From Clostridia bacterium (GTDB taxonomy: Bacteria; Bacillota; Clostridia; Oscillospirales; CAG-272), in contig JAFTXZ010000002.1 of assembly GCA_017461385.1 (NCBI GenBank), forward strand, positions 38,221 through 102,220: a stretch of 64,000 bases of DNA, written 5' to 3'. A program made the translations under genes and the position numbers. Below the pieces are notes generated by a model. It was not told the origin of the DNA. It ran no database searches and saw only the letters and a program-made list of their open reading frames with translations. Positions 29,040 through 39,700 of this stretch are shown one piece after another (the first letter of the stretch is position 1; every line of letters begins with the position of its first letter).

Positions 29040-29264
29040 GTAGCGAACGAACGGCTACCGCTTCGTTTGCGCAAAGCGCAACATCGTTTACGCCACAGGC
29101 GTAACATCATTTGCAACCTGTTGCAACATCGTTTGATGTGCGAAGCACTCAACCTCGTTCATTTGTGCCGCAAACGGCAATGATGTTCTCGCTTCGCTCA
29201 AAATGATGTTGTGCCTAATGGCACAAATGAAAAAATCCTGAAAGCGATGCTTTCAGGATTTTTT
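29040..29264. repeat. Tandem hairpin array with conserved CATCRT linkers, ending in a terminator
   Basis: Successive hairpins separated by CTTCGT/CATCGT/CATCAT/CATCGT/CCTCGT at 29061, 29082, 29105, 29127, 29153; complementary AATGATGTT at 29179 and 29202. Confidence 0.75.
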
Positions 29265-29267
29265 GGC

Positions 29268-29655
29268 AGCGGAACTAGGAGGCTTTTTGCCAAGCAAAAA
29301 GAGCTACGGCACGCCTTATGCTAGCGAGCTGACAACGGCTTAGCCTTGCTTACGCACCCAATTCGCATTTGCGTTGCAAATACGAAACTGTGTTCAACCT
29401 GTTCCGTCAAAAACAAAAGACCACTCGGTTTGAGAAATAAGATACAATTTTTAGGGTTTTCCCAATCAAGCGTGGTGCGAACATCATTAGCGGAACTAGG
29501 AGGCTTTTTGCCAAGCAAAAAGAGCTACGGCACGCCTTATGCTAGCGAGCTGACAACGGCTTTGCCTTGCTTACGCATCCGATTCGCATTTGCGTTGCAA
29601 ATACGAAACTGTGTTCGACCTGTTCCGTCAAAAACAAAAGACCACTCGGTTTGAG
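29268..29655. repeat. Two 167-bp direct repeats (29268-29434 and 29489-29655), each beginning with a tRNA-Gln 3'-end copy
   Basis: 4 mismatches by eye; both start AGCGGAACTAGGA, identical to the tRNA acceptor/T-arm sequence. Confidence 0.9.
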
Positions 29656-29669
29656 TGGTCTTTTGTTTT

Positions 29670-29743
29670 TGGCAGCGGAACTAGGATTCGAACCCAGACA
29701 TACAGAGTCAGAGTCTGCTGTGCTACCTTTACACAATTCCGCT
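29670..29743 (-). tRNA. tRNA-Gln (anticodon CTG), CCA encoded
   Basis: Cloverleaf: AGCGGAA/TTCCGCT acceptor, GCAGA-CTCTGAC-TCTGT anticodon arm, CTGGG-TTCGAAT-CCTAG T arm, G-CCA. Confidence 0.96.
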
Positions 29744-29755
29744 ATGCGCGTTGCT

Positions 29756-29784
29756 ATTATATCACAAGATATTTTGCTTGTCAA
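29756..29784 (-). promoter_or_regulatory. tRNA-Gln promoter
   Basis: Minus strand TTGACA-17 bp-TATAAT with TG extension. Confidence 0.85.
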
Positions 29785-29977
29785 CATTTTTTTGGAAAAA
29801 AACAGCAAATTAAAAGGTTTGATATTTTATCAAAAGAAAACTAAAAAATAGTCTTAGTTTGCTCTTAAAAAATATACATTAACTAGTTGAATTTTTTGAA
29901 CTAACTCTAAATTTTTTGAAAAAATATTCAAAATTAAAGAAAATTCTTCAAAATGAAACGAATTTTGACAAAAATCG

Positions 29978-30006
29978 TTGACAAAATCTATGCGCATATA
30001 TATAAT
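29978..30006 (+). promoter_or_regulatory. Consensus sigma-A promoter of the 10-gene operon
   Basis: TTGACA-17 bp-TATAAT, followed by AAGGAG RBS and ATG 30036. Confidence 0.85.
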
Positions 30007-30035
30007 ATATTTATCATTATAAAAAGGAGACTGCA

Positions 30036-32057
30036 ATGAGTAACTATTTGAATATAGCCATTGACTTGGGAACAGAGTCGGTTAAGGCTGTATATGCTTT
30101 TAAGAAAAATGATGAGCTTGAATATGGCTTCATTGAAGATAAAAATTCATTGGGCACACCATTTACTAGTCTGGCACTTTATTCAGGTGCACCGCAAAAT
30201 AAATGGATTTTCGGTGCTGAAATCAACCATCACGATGAGTATGCAAACATAGTTAGAGTAAAGGAAATGCTTTACCTTTTGTCATCACAAAACGTGGGAG
30301 ATTCCAATTACTACTACGACTACAAGGAATACCCAATTTTCCTATTTCCTAAAAGGGCAGATCAGCCTGATATTAAAAACGGGATGGAGGCACTGGTTGA
30401 AAGAGGCTACACCTTTAGAGCAACAAGCACACCTAAGGAAATGCTTGAACAATTCTTCAAGGCTCTTTTTGCTGAGTGTATTAGTCCGGTTGTGTATAGG
30501 CTTCTTTCAGAAAATCCTGAAATTGAGGGAGTTAAGTACATATCTGTTTATCCAGACCCTAAAAACATAAGTGATGAATATGTAAACGAGCTTGAAAGAC
30601 TAATTGCACACGGCGCAGGCTTAAGAGATACGAGCATGGTTAGCTCAATTTCAGCACCTAAAGCTATTGCCGTTGGAGCTTACGTTGAGAAGCTAATTGA
30701 GGCTACAACCTACGATGATGACAGAAGTAAAACTATGATCTTCGATATTGGCGAAAAGGACATAAACGTTGCAAAGGTTGACGTAAAGCACGGTGCCTCT
30801 GGCGGAGAAAGAGAAATTTCCGTTTGTGTTGATAGTGCCGATGCTCAAAAGCATGATATTTCAATGGGTGGTGCCGATATTGATAAATGCCTGGGTGAGT
30901 TCGCAAAGGAAAAGAGCTCACAGATAAGAGATCTAAATAGTGGACTTAAGGATGCAGTTTTAGGATATACCTCATACCGTCAGCAATATCATCTCCTAAG
31001 AGAGGTAAAGGGAGCTAAGAAGTTCCTTTCATACTCTGATATGGATCTTGATGATTATGCCTATATTACCGTTGAGGGCGACGTAAACACTGATATTAAA
31101 ATCACAAAGAACGATTTTTTAGAGGCTGTATTTGAAAGAGAGGGCTCTGCTGGTAAGGAAATGGTAGAGAAAATCGTTCAGGAGCTTAAGGAGAGCAACA
31201 ACGAGGACGTTGTAAACGTATTGCTTGTTGGTGGAAGCGCAGCGTCATATAGCCTTCGTGAGTATGTTGAGTCCGCTTGTATTGAGGCAGAGCTTGACAG
31301 GATAAGCGTATCGGTTGTTGAAAACGAGGAAAATCAAAAAAGTGAATATTTTGCAGCAATTGGCGCCGCAGTGCTTGAGCCAGAGGGAATTTCCCTAAAG
31401 GTTGTATCTGCGTACACCTATGGAACATGGAGAAAGCAGGCAAAGCGCAACGGCGCACCTGGTGAAATGTGCAAGGTGTTTACAATATGGATTAACCGTG
31501 GCGATGAGATAAGCGCAGAAAACTACACCTGCGAATGCTCTGCGTCATTAGGTTATGCAGATGCAGTTTATAAATATCCATACAGATTAAATCCAAAAAC
31601 TATTATTCCCGAGGGCGCAGATGAGGAATGGTTTGAGTACGTAGAGCCATTGATAATTGGCGCAGAGGATGAGCGAGAGGATAAGAGACTGTTTGAGCAA
31701 GCAAAGAGAAATGGACTAGTTGTAATAGGCTCCGTAGACTTTAAGTTTGCAGTTAGAGACCGACATGGAAATATAATTCCAATCGAAAGACTTGTAGATT
31801 ACTATCAGCCATGCATTACAACTCACGTTGATAGCTATGGTAACTTCCGTGGAAGAAGATTTCACAATTGTATTTACTTTAAGCAGGGCATGAGGGTTGA
31901 TGAAACCGGAGCAATTAAGCCCTTCTACGAAAATAACGTAGAAAAGAATGCACGACTAAACGCAAACCTTTACGTGCGAGATAACTCAAATAGCTATTAC
32001 GCGAAGGACTTCGTAATCGAGGGTAATATTGAAGCGTTTAAGGCTGAGACTAACTAA
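30036..32057 (+). CDS. Divergent Hsp70/actin-fold ATPase-like protein
   Basis: IAIDLGT, IFDIGEK, MGGADID, VLLVGGSA, AAIGAA match the five Hsp70 nucleotide-binding motifs; C-terminus unlike the DnaK substrate-binding domain. Confidence 0.8.
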   Translation: MSNYLNIAIDLGTESVKAVYAFKKNDELEYGFIEDKNSLGTPFTSLALYSGAPQNKWIFGAEINHHDEYANIVRVKEMLYLLSSQNVGDSNYYYDYKEYPIFLFPKRADQPDIKNGMEALVERGYTFRATSTPKEMLEQFFKALFAECISPVVYRLLSENPEIEGVKYISVYPDPKNISDEYVNELERLIAHGAGLRDTSMVSSISAPKAIAVGAYVEKLIEATTYDDDRSKTMIFDIGEKDINVAKVDVKHGASGGEREISVCVDSADAQKHDISMGGADIDKCLGEFAKEKSSQIRDLNSGLKDAVLGYTSYRQQYHLLREVKGAKKFLSYSDMDLDDYAYITVEGDVNTDIKITKNDFLEAVFEREGSAGKEMVEKIVQELKESNNEDVVNVLLVGGSAASYSLREYVESACIEAELDRISVSVVENEENQKSEYFAAIGAAVLEPEGISLKVVSAYTYGTWRKQAKRNGAPGEMCKVFTIWINRGDEISAENYTCECSASLGYADAVYKYPYRLNPKTIIPEGADEEWFEYVEPLIIGAEDEREDKRLFEQAKRNGLVVIGSVDFKFAVRDRHGNIIPIERLVDYYQPCITTHVDSYGNFRGRRFHNCIYFKQGMRVDETGAIKPFYENNVEKNARLNANLYVRDNSNSYYAKDFVIEGNIEAFKAETN

Positions 32058-32071
32058 GAAGGAGAAGAGAA

Positions 32072-34948
32072 ATGCCAGATATGAAGATAAAATACAGTGG
32101 TGGCGAAAACGTTGACGTTAAGTCAAGGCTTGAATCTGTTAAGCCTGTGCCACTAACTGATGTCAGAGCAAATCAGGTGTCCTATGTTGAGGTGCTTGAC
32201 AAGTATGACGACATGGAAATGAGAATAGATGTCAATTCCTTCGAAAAGACCTTTTCAACAGGGGACTACGGCATCGAGTACAATGAGGATATACACACAA
32301 CGGGACGTGTAATTCTTGACGAGCAGTACGAGGCTGCAAAATACTTTATGAAAAACCTTCGTGGCTTCGGTGTATTGGCAGATACAGTTGGATCTGGTAA
32401 GACCTACGAGGCAGGACTCGTTTTATCAGAGCTTGCAGCTGCCGGTAAAATTGAAACAATTTTGATAATTGCTCCAAACAAGGACCTTTTGAAAAAGTGG
32501 AAAAAGACCCTTGAGCTTGAGTTCGGTATGGGTAAGGACACAATTGTCGAAAAGGAAACTGAGTTCAAGAACATAAGAGCAGAGTTTGAGGAGGAAAGAC
32601 TTGGCAATACCTATTTGCTCAAGCCAAAGCAGCCTATAATCGTTACAAAGGAAAACTTTGTAAAATGGGACCTCAATCTTGTTAAGAGCTTGCTATTCGA
32701 TGTAGTTGTAGTAGATGAGGCACATTATCTAAACGATGAGGAGGGGGACGGAGCTATTGCTCTGAGAAACCTTTCCTACCTTATGAGAAACAAGCAGCTT
32801 AAGAATAAAAACTATTGTATTCTTCTAACTGCTACACCTCACTCAGGTAACCTTGCAAAAATGTTCAATCTTTGGTACTTCGTTGCTGAAAAGGGTGGCG
32901 TTCCAAGCGACTTTGACGGCACAAACGTTGTTAAGAGTGAGAAGTACAAGCGCAGAAAGGAAAAGTTCGTAAACGCTTGTAGAGGAGCAGAAACAGTTTC
33001 TGAATTCCTTGCCACCACAAAGGAGCAAATGTTTGAGGCGAACGATGAAATTCTTGAGGCCTTCTATGCATACCTAAGAGAAAGAGGAATTGCAGATTAT
33101 AACGAGGCAAGTAAATGGGATAAGAGAAAATATCAAAATGAATTTTTGTCTCTTGAAAAGAATCAAGAAATTAACAGAGAGCTTTTGAAAAACGTTTCAA
33201 GAGCCTACTACGATAACGTTTTGGGTGTAATCATGAGAAGAAACACACAAAACGAAAAGTCAACGATTAGAGCGAAAAAGGTTGTTACAAACATTTATAT
33301 TTGTCCAACCACAGAAAAGACGCTTGAAAGACGACAGGCTGAGCTTAAGGCATCAAGTAAAAACGGTATTATAGCTGACTTAAACGATATTTACGGCGAC
33401 GAGGCTTTAACTGTTAATAAGGGCAATAAAACCTACAAAACCTCACTTGAGGAGTATTACAAGGAGAACCCAAATAACTCAAAGGCAGAGATTATGTTTA
33501 CAAAGGTTCTCACAAAGCAGCTTCTTGAAATGGGAGTGGGAAGCCCATTTGAGCATGCGGAGAGCTTGAAGTATTACTGGTCACAGCTTGAAAGAACCGA
33601 AAGAGACCCTAACACAGCTGAAACAAACAACCAATTTAGAATAATGACCAACTACGATAGCGAAAATGAGGATGCAACAATCCACTTTAAGCTTAAGGAG
33701 CTAAAGAAAATATTCCTTGATAATCCAGACGACAAGATAATAGTTTTCTTTGACTACGAAAGAAAGAATAATAAGACCAAAAATGCAGAGTGGTTTAAGG
33801 TTTATGATGAGCTATCTAAGGACGAGGCGTTTAAGGACAGATTAATTCTTGCTCTAAACGGCACAGATGCAGTTGATAGCTACAATAAAATTGATAATGC
33901 AATCTTCCTTTCAGGCTCTGAAAGATATACTGAGGGTGTAGATATGCAAAGCGGACACATTGTAGTAAACTTCTCCGTAACCTGCGACCCACTTGCAATG
34001 TCTCAAAGAGTTGGTAGAGCATACAGACTAGGACAAAAGAATAACGTTCAAATCATATCTCTTGCTATGATGAATGAGCTTGAGGGCTATGCACTCGCAT
34101 ATCAAACTCGTATAGGACTTCTTTCCACCAACGAGGGTGACGCTACTATTATTGCTGGTAGTAACAGTGAAAAGATGATTGCTCTTGAATGCAGAGTTTG
34201 TCACAAGACAAAGCTTATGTCAAAGAAGGAATACGATGAGAAATACAAGTCGGGAGATAGCTCACTATACTGTACAAAGCCTGAGTGTGTAAAGCAAATA
34301 GGCGCAACCGCAAAGGGAATGCCATTATCAATCATCAACTCACAAGAGTATAAGTGCTCTGCCTGTGGCGAAAAGCTAAGGAAAAGCACACAGGGTGATT
34401 CTGGCTACTACTGTATCTCAGTAAATAACTCCTTTAAGGGAAAAATGTTCAATATTGATACTGGTGAAAGTGGATATAAGACAGTAATCGGCTGTTCTAA
34501 GCTTTGTGTAATCAAGCACTGTAAAAAGATTGCGTCCTTTGGTAAGAATGGCAATCAAGGTGTGCCATGTGCAATTATTGAAGGAAATATTACGAATGCA
34601 AACGAGGGTAGAGTTGCCTGTGTAAGATGTGCAAACTACAAAAACGGACTTTGTGCTCCTGAATGTACAATGAAGGAAAAGGACAAATTCGATGCTTGTG
34701 GACAATGTACCTACGCAGATTGCTCACCAAGACCACACAAGATATACTTTGACGAAAATAGCGTGGCAGAATGCCCATCCTGTGGCAGAGGTAAGCTAAG
34801 ACCTGTTACAGCAAACACCTTCGCTTCATATATTCGTCAATCCTTCGAGCACAACAAGGGAGATGCAAACGAAAGCACCTTCTGTGAAACTCTATTGCAG
34901 GAAACAAACGGCGTAGAGGAAATTAAGAGAATTCTTGAGAATAACTAA
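32072..34948 (+). CDS. SNF2/RapA-like (YqhH-like) SF2 helicase with Cys-rich C-terminal region
   Basis: LADTVGSGKT, DEAH, TATP, EGVDMQ, QRVGRAYRLGQ; many CxxC pairs in the last ~250 aa. Confidence 0.9.
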   Translation: MPDMKIKYSGGENVDVKSRLESVKPVPLTDVRANQVSYVEVLDKYDDMEMRIDVNSFEKTFSTGDYGIEYNEDIHTTGRVILDEQYEAAKYFMKNLRGFGVLADTVGSGKTYEAGLVLSELAAAGKIETILIIAPNKDLLKKWKKTLELEFGMGKDTIVEKETEFKNIRAEFEEERLGNTYLLKPKQPIIVTKENFVKWDLNLVKSLLFDVVVVDEAHYLNDEEGDGAIALRNLSYLMRNKQLKNKNYCILLTATPHSGNLAKMFNLWYFVAEKGGVPSDFDGTNVVKSEKYKRRKEKFVNACRGAETVSEFLATTKEQMFEANDEILEAFYAYLRERGIADYNEASKWDKRKYQNEFLSLEKNQEINRELLKNVSRAYYDNVLGVIMRRNTQNEKSTIRAKKVVTNIYICPTTEKTLERRQAELKASSKNGIIADLNDIYGDEALTVNKGNKTYKTSLEEYYKENPNNSKAEIMFTKVLTKQLLEMGVGSPFEHAESLKYYWSQLERTERDPNTAETNNQFRIMTNYDSENEDATIHFKLKELKKIFLDNPDDKIIVFFDYERKNNKTKNAEWFKVYDELSKDEAFKDRLILALNGTDAVDSYNKIDNAIFLSGSERYTEGVDMQSGHIVVNFSVTCDPLAMSQRVGRAYRLGQKNNVQIISLAMMNELEGYALAYQTRIGLLSTNEGDATIIAGSNSEKMIALECRVCHKTKLMSKKEYDEKYKSGDSSLYCTKPECVKQIGATAKGMPLSIINSQEYKCSACGEKLRKSTQGDSGYYCISVNNSFKGKMFNIDTGESGYKTVIGCSKLCVIKHCKKIASFGKNGNQGVPCAIIEGNITNANEGRVACVRCANYKNGLCAPECTMKEKDKFDACGQCTYADCSPRPHKIYFDENSVAECPSCGRGKLRPVTANTFASYIRQSFEHNKGDANESTFCETLLQETNGVEEIKRILENN

Positions 34949-34966
34949 TACAGAAAGGAAAGTCAA

Positions 34967-36709
34967 ATGCCAATAATTAGAATAAAAGACGATAGTAATT
35001 GCTTTGACAGTATGGTAAGGCTTCACCAAAGCGGTTATGGAAAATCGCAGTTTTCTGTTGTTGATGGAAGAATTGAATATGGCGGAAACACCTATGTCAA
35101 GGTTGAGGACACAGACCTATTTGAAAGGTATGAGCCTGACGATAAAAGTGAGCTTTTGATGACAAAGGAGGGCGCTGCCTGGTTCTATAATCTTCGTGGA
35201 GATAAGGACACGGACAAAAATAAAACTGGTATCGCTAAGTGGGATGAGCTTATTGCTAGTGTAAGAGCCAACTTCCACGACGAAAACTCCTGGCTAAAGT
35301 ATAACACCTCTGAGGAGCCTGTTAACGACAGCACAAAGCAATACGATATAAAAATGATTAAGGAGCTTGTTTGTGGCTTGTGGAAAAACCTGAACAAGAA
35401 CCTGGTCGACGTGGACTTCCAGCAATCAGCAGGCGAGGAGGACGAAATTACAAACGTTTATGGTGCTAGTATAAAGCTAGGCTTAAGCGCAAGTGAGGCA
35501 AGAGAGCCAACTCCAATAGTTGGTAGAATTTACTTCACAAGAGAGATAAACGGAAACCTTCGTCCAATATCAAAGCATACAGCTGAGCTACTAACAAAAA
35601 GAATGAGTGCCTTCAAGGAGGGCGAGGGAGACGGAGCAGACAACGTAGATGCAAACGAGCTTAAGGATAAGCTTGTATATGGTATCCAAAGATGCTTCAA
35701 GCAACCTGACAATAATAACGTTTCAAAGTATCTTTACATACCAACTCCAAGCGACCCGATGGTTATAGACGATAACAAGACCATTGAAAGAATGGTTGAG
35801 CTTGAGCCTGATGCAGTAGAGGTGCTTCTATGTAGAAGCGTAGAAATGCTTTACACCTTCCAGGTAAAGACAAGAAACAGAGTATACGACGTAAATTACG
35901 GAAGCCAGGCAATTTTAAGAGCGGTTGTTGATATGAATGGTGAGGTTACTCTTAAGTGCCTCGTTTGTGAGGACAGAAAGCCACTTATCAACAGAAATAT
36001 TGTTCTTGTTGAAAAGCCAAAGTCGAGCGATGATGAAAAGACAGAATATTACGAATGCTATCTCGACCTTGAGCAGACTGGCTTCGGCTTATCCGAGGCA
36101 CAGGCTGAGCTTGTAAGCGATTATTTGGAGAACCATATAATTCTTATAAACTGTCGTGAGGCTGAATGTAGTCGTATTAGATGTAGAGAGGGCATAATAA
36201 GCGGCGAGGAGCTAACAGGCATTAACACAAGAGTTAACTACTGTGCAGACTGTGACAGATGCGAGGTTATCTATAATGTTGATGGCGTTCCAAGGCTAAC
36301 AAGAACCCTTGTATATGACCATGAAAGAAAGGACCTTGTAGATAAGAATCTAGAGGAAAGCTATACCTGTAAGGTGTGTGGCAGAAGATACTTCTCACTG
36401 AATGAAAGAAAGGACATCTGTTCATTCTGTCAGGGTGGCGATGATGAGGAATCAGTAAAGAGAGCAAAGCAGCTCTTCCTCGTATATGCAAGGGCACTTA
36501 GTCCTATTGTAAGATTGAAAAACACCTTCGCATCTAAAAAGAGATGCTATGAGGACGAGGAATTTATCGTATTCAATCTAAACAATAGCTACTACGCAAT
36601 CGATAAGCTTAATGTTTTGGCAAGAGGCACAGGCCTACAAAAGACAGCAGCCTTCAAGTATTCAACGAGGACTGCTAACGAAAAGCCAAAGGCAAAAAAA
36701 CAAAAGTAA
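34967..36709 (+). CDS. Hypothetical protein with multiple CxxC zinc-ribbon motifs
   Basis: CLVC, CREAEC, CADCDRC, CKVC, CSFC; operonic spacing and RBS. Confidence 0.8.
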   Translation: MPIIRIKDDSNCFDSMVRLHQSGYGKSQFSVVDGRIEYGGNTYVKVEDTDLFERYEPDDKSELLMTKEGAAWFYNLRGDKDTDKNKTGIAKWDELIASVRANFHDENSWLKYNTSEEPVNDSTKQYDIKMIKELVCGLWKNLNKNLVDVDFQQSAGEEDEITNVYGASIKLGLSASEAREPTPIVGRIYFTREINGNLRPISKHTAELLTKRMSAFKEGEGDGADNVDANELKDKLVYGIQRCFKQPDNNNVSKYLYIPTPSDPMVIDDNKTIERMVELEPDAVEVLLCRSVEMLYTFQVKTRNRVYDVNYGSQAILRAVVDMNGEVTLKCLVCEDRKPLINRNIVLVEKPKSSDDEKTEYYECYLDLEQTGFGLSEAQAELVSDYLENHIILINCREAECSRIRCREGIISGEELTGINTRVNYCADCDRCEVIYNVDGVPRLTRTLVYDHERKDLVDKNLEESYTCKVCGRRYFSLNERKDICSFCQGGDDEESVKRAKQLFLVYARALSPIVRLKNTFASKKRCYEDEEFIVFNLNNSYYAIDKLNVLARGTGLQKTAAFKYSTRTANEKPKAKKQK

Positions 36710-36731
36710 CATTTGATAAAGGAACATAACG

Positions 36732-39700
36732 ATGGATAACTATACTAATATGAGCTTCGAGCAATCCACAAGAAAAAGCTTGTTTGGTTATAGAAGATGG
36801 ATAATAATTGCGCTTGTATGTAGCGTAATTGCTGACCTAGTCACCTTCATTTACCTAGCTCAGCTTACCGCTGGCTTTGGCTATGCAGTAATTCCACTGG
36901 TTTTGGCAGTAGTTGGCATAGCCTTTGGAATTCTATCCTACTTCGTAATCGACTATCGCTATTCTTATTCCGTATGGTTTGCGGTTGCTTATTCAGCTCT
37001 CCAAACAGTTGGAATTTTGATATTGCTATTCTGTACAGGTGCAAACGTTGACGTTACAATGAGCACAACTGCTTATTTGGTTTACGCGATCGTGCATATT
37101 GTTACAATAGTAGTATTTAACGTAGTGGCATACACTACAAATAAGCTTGACAAAAAGTCTACAAAAATCGGTGCTTTTATGATAGCACTTGCATTGATTT
37201 TCTCAATAGGCTCAATCGTTTATACCTGTATTTTTGGCTTCTTCGGACAAAACATAGGCATATTCGACAACAAAATGGTATTGGTTTACGAAAAGAACGA
37301 GGACGGCTATACCGTTAAAAACGTTCTATATGGTCGTGGCGATATCGTTGTTATTGAAGACACCTTTAACGGTGAGAAAATCACAGCAATTGATAGCGAA
37401 ATGTTTACAAAGTACGCAATCAAGACAGTTTCTGTTAATACAAAAACACAGCTAAGAGTAGTAGGAATAGAAAATCTCCCAGAGGAGATTGACTATATGT
37501 CTGAAATCAAGGTACCCCTTGATAATATGGACTATTATAGAAAAGAGCTATTTGAAGCGTCAAACGAGCTAGGCTCTCGCCACGCATTGGCACTTTGTAA
37601 TCAGGTAACCTTTGATGCGTGCCCAGATAACAAGGTTGTAGTAAGCTTCAATTACAATTTCGCTAATTTACCGGAAATTGCAAAAAATAATTTTGCACCA
37701 ACAATAATTCTAAACAAGGGCGAGACCCTTAATCTAAAGGCTTATGCTAGTCAGGTTCCATACTTTGCATACATAGAGCCAGAAAATGAGGCAGGATTAA
37801 AGGATGCCTACTATCTAGGAAACGGCTACTTCCTAAACACACCGCTTCTCGCTGATGGGGCTGTACTTGATGGTGCAAAAATCACTGAAAGCGTTGAAAC
37901 ACGTGCACTTTCCTTTGAAAGAGTATATCTAATTGACGTTTTGTGTGGAAACGACGGTAAATACGTTGTACCTAGCGAGCTTTCCTCCGTAATTAAGGAT
38001 GAGGATAAGGGTAAGCTAATTAAGCATACTCAGCTTGATAGCTATCTTTCAGAGCTTCCTAATCTTGTTAAGAGAGAGGGCTTTGACGTTTTGTATAACG
38101 TTGACGGCAAGACTGTTAGTCAGGAATCAATTCTTGAAAGTCTAGCTGGCAAGAATAATACAACAATCGTTCCGCTTTGGACAATTCATACACCAAAAAT
38201 CCTAAGCATTGATGGCGACAGAGAATATGTCTATGGCGATTTAGTTGCAACTTTAACAGTTATGGCTGAAAGCGTTCACGAGCTAAAGTATAGGGTTAAG
38301 GACGCAAGAGCGTTCAAGGGCAATGGAAACGTATTTGTCCTTGATAAGCCAACACCAGCACACTCATTCACTTACATATTTGAGGTGTATATTGACGACC
38401 CTGATACAGAGCTTTCCGTTATGGTATCACAATCTGTTCCTGTAACCGTTAAAAAGAAGGTAGTTACACCAAGCTGGACAATTCCGGAAAATGCAGTTTA
38501 CAACGAGCAGGAGCATATCGTTGGAGCAGTAATCTCAGAGAGTGATATGGCATTTGAGGATTCCAACGCAGTTGAGGTTGTTATTACAGATAAGACCACA
38601 TCAACCAATAGCACCAATAACCCTGTTTTCGCAGGAAGCTATTCAACAAAGGTTTCATTTGTGGACGAAAGCCTTAAGTCGCTTTATGAGATTGAAAACG
38701 ATGAGCAGGAGTTTGAAATTTCCCAGTTCAGCGTAGAGCCCGTATGGTCTGATAGCTCTTATGTATATAACGGCTTAGTAAACGTACCAACCGTTGTGCT
38801 TAACGGCGTTAGTCAGGTTCTTTCATCTGATATAGTGGCTGATGACAGTAAGGACGCAGGCAACTATACAATCTCCGTTGTACTAACTGAGGCGGATGAC
38901 CAAAGAAACTACAAAATAGTTGACGACACTCACGATTACGAAATCACTCCAAAGGTAATTAACGTATTGTGGGGCTCCAACACCTACGAATACGTTGGTG
39001 AGACAATCGGACCCTTAGTTACAGGATTTGAGGATGATTCACTTTGTGCAGGAGATACACTTGCCCTTGAGGAAATTAAATATACGGGACTACAAAGAAA
39101 CGTAGGAACAGGATACGTTGCAACAGCAGTGGAGACCTTTAGAAACTATGATTTTTCTGAGGAAAGCTCAAGCTATACGTTCTCAATTACTGCAGTTCCA
39201 CTACAGGTAAATGTTGAGAACAAATCATCAACCTATGACGGAAAAATCTTTGATGAGTCTCTTTCAATTACTGCAGATGGCTTGTGTGGCACAGATACAC
39301 TTGCAAGCGTAATTTCTCAATTCAATTATGGTGCAGAGGTTTCCTCTGCAAAGAACGTAGGCGACTATACCATTGAGCTTTCTCCAAAGACAGAGGGCGC
39401 AAACTATAGCAACTACGTAATTACGTATCAAACAGGACAAACCCTTACAATTAATCAAAGAAGGGCAATTGTAAACTGGACAAATAAATCCCCTGTCTAT
39501 AATGGTGTGGCTCAAAAGCCTACTGCAACAGTAATCGGTGCAGGAAACGTAAATCTTACTGTAAGCGTAACCGGTGAGCAAACTAATGCTGGCACAGGCT
39601 TCCAGTCGGCAGTAAGTCTAACCGAGGCACTTGATTTGCAAAACTACTACATAGAGACAGCTGATGCAAGCTGTACCTTTGAAATCAAAAAGAGACCAAT

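Noticed and set aside
29040-29655. CRISPR array
   Set aside because: No identical 23-47 nt repeats with unique spacers and no cas genes; the units are hairpins with 6-nt linkers and two 167-bp duplications
29321-30036. Short ORFs over the repeats, tRNA and promoters
   Set aside because: They overlap the tRNA and non-coding repeats, lack RBS, and their similarity just reflects the DNA duplication
30036-32057. Housekeeping dnaK
   Set aside because: Motifs too divergent, no canonical substrate-binding domain, no grpE/dnaJ/hrcA context
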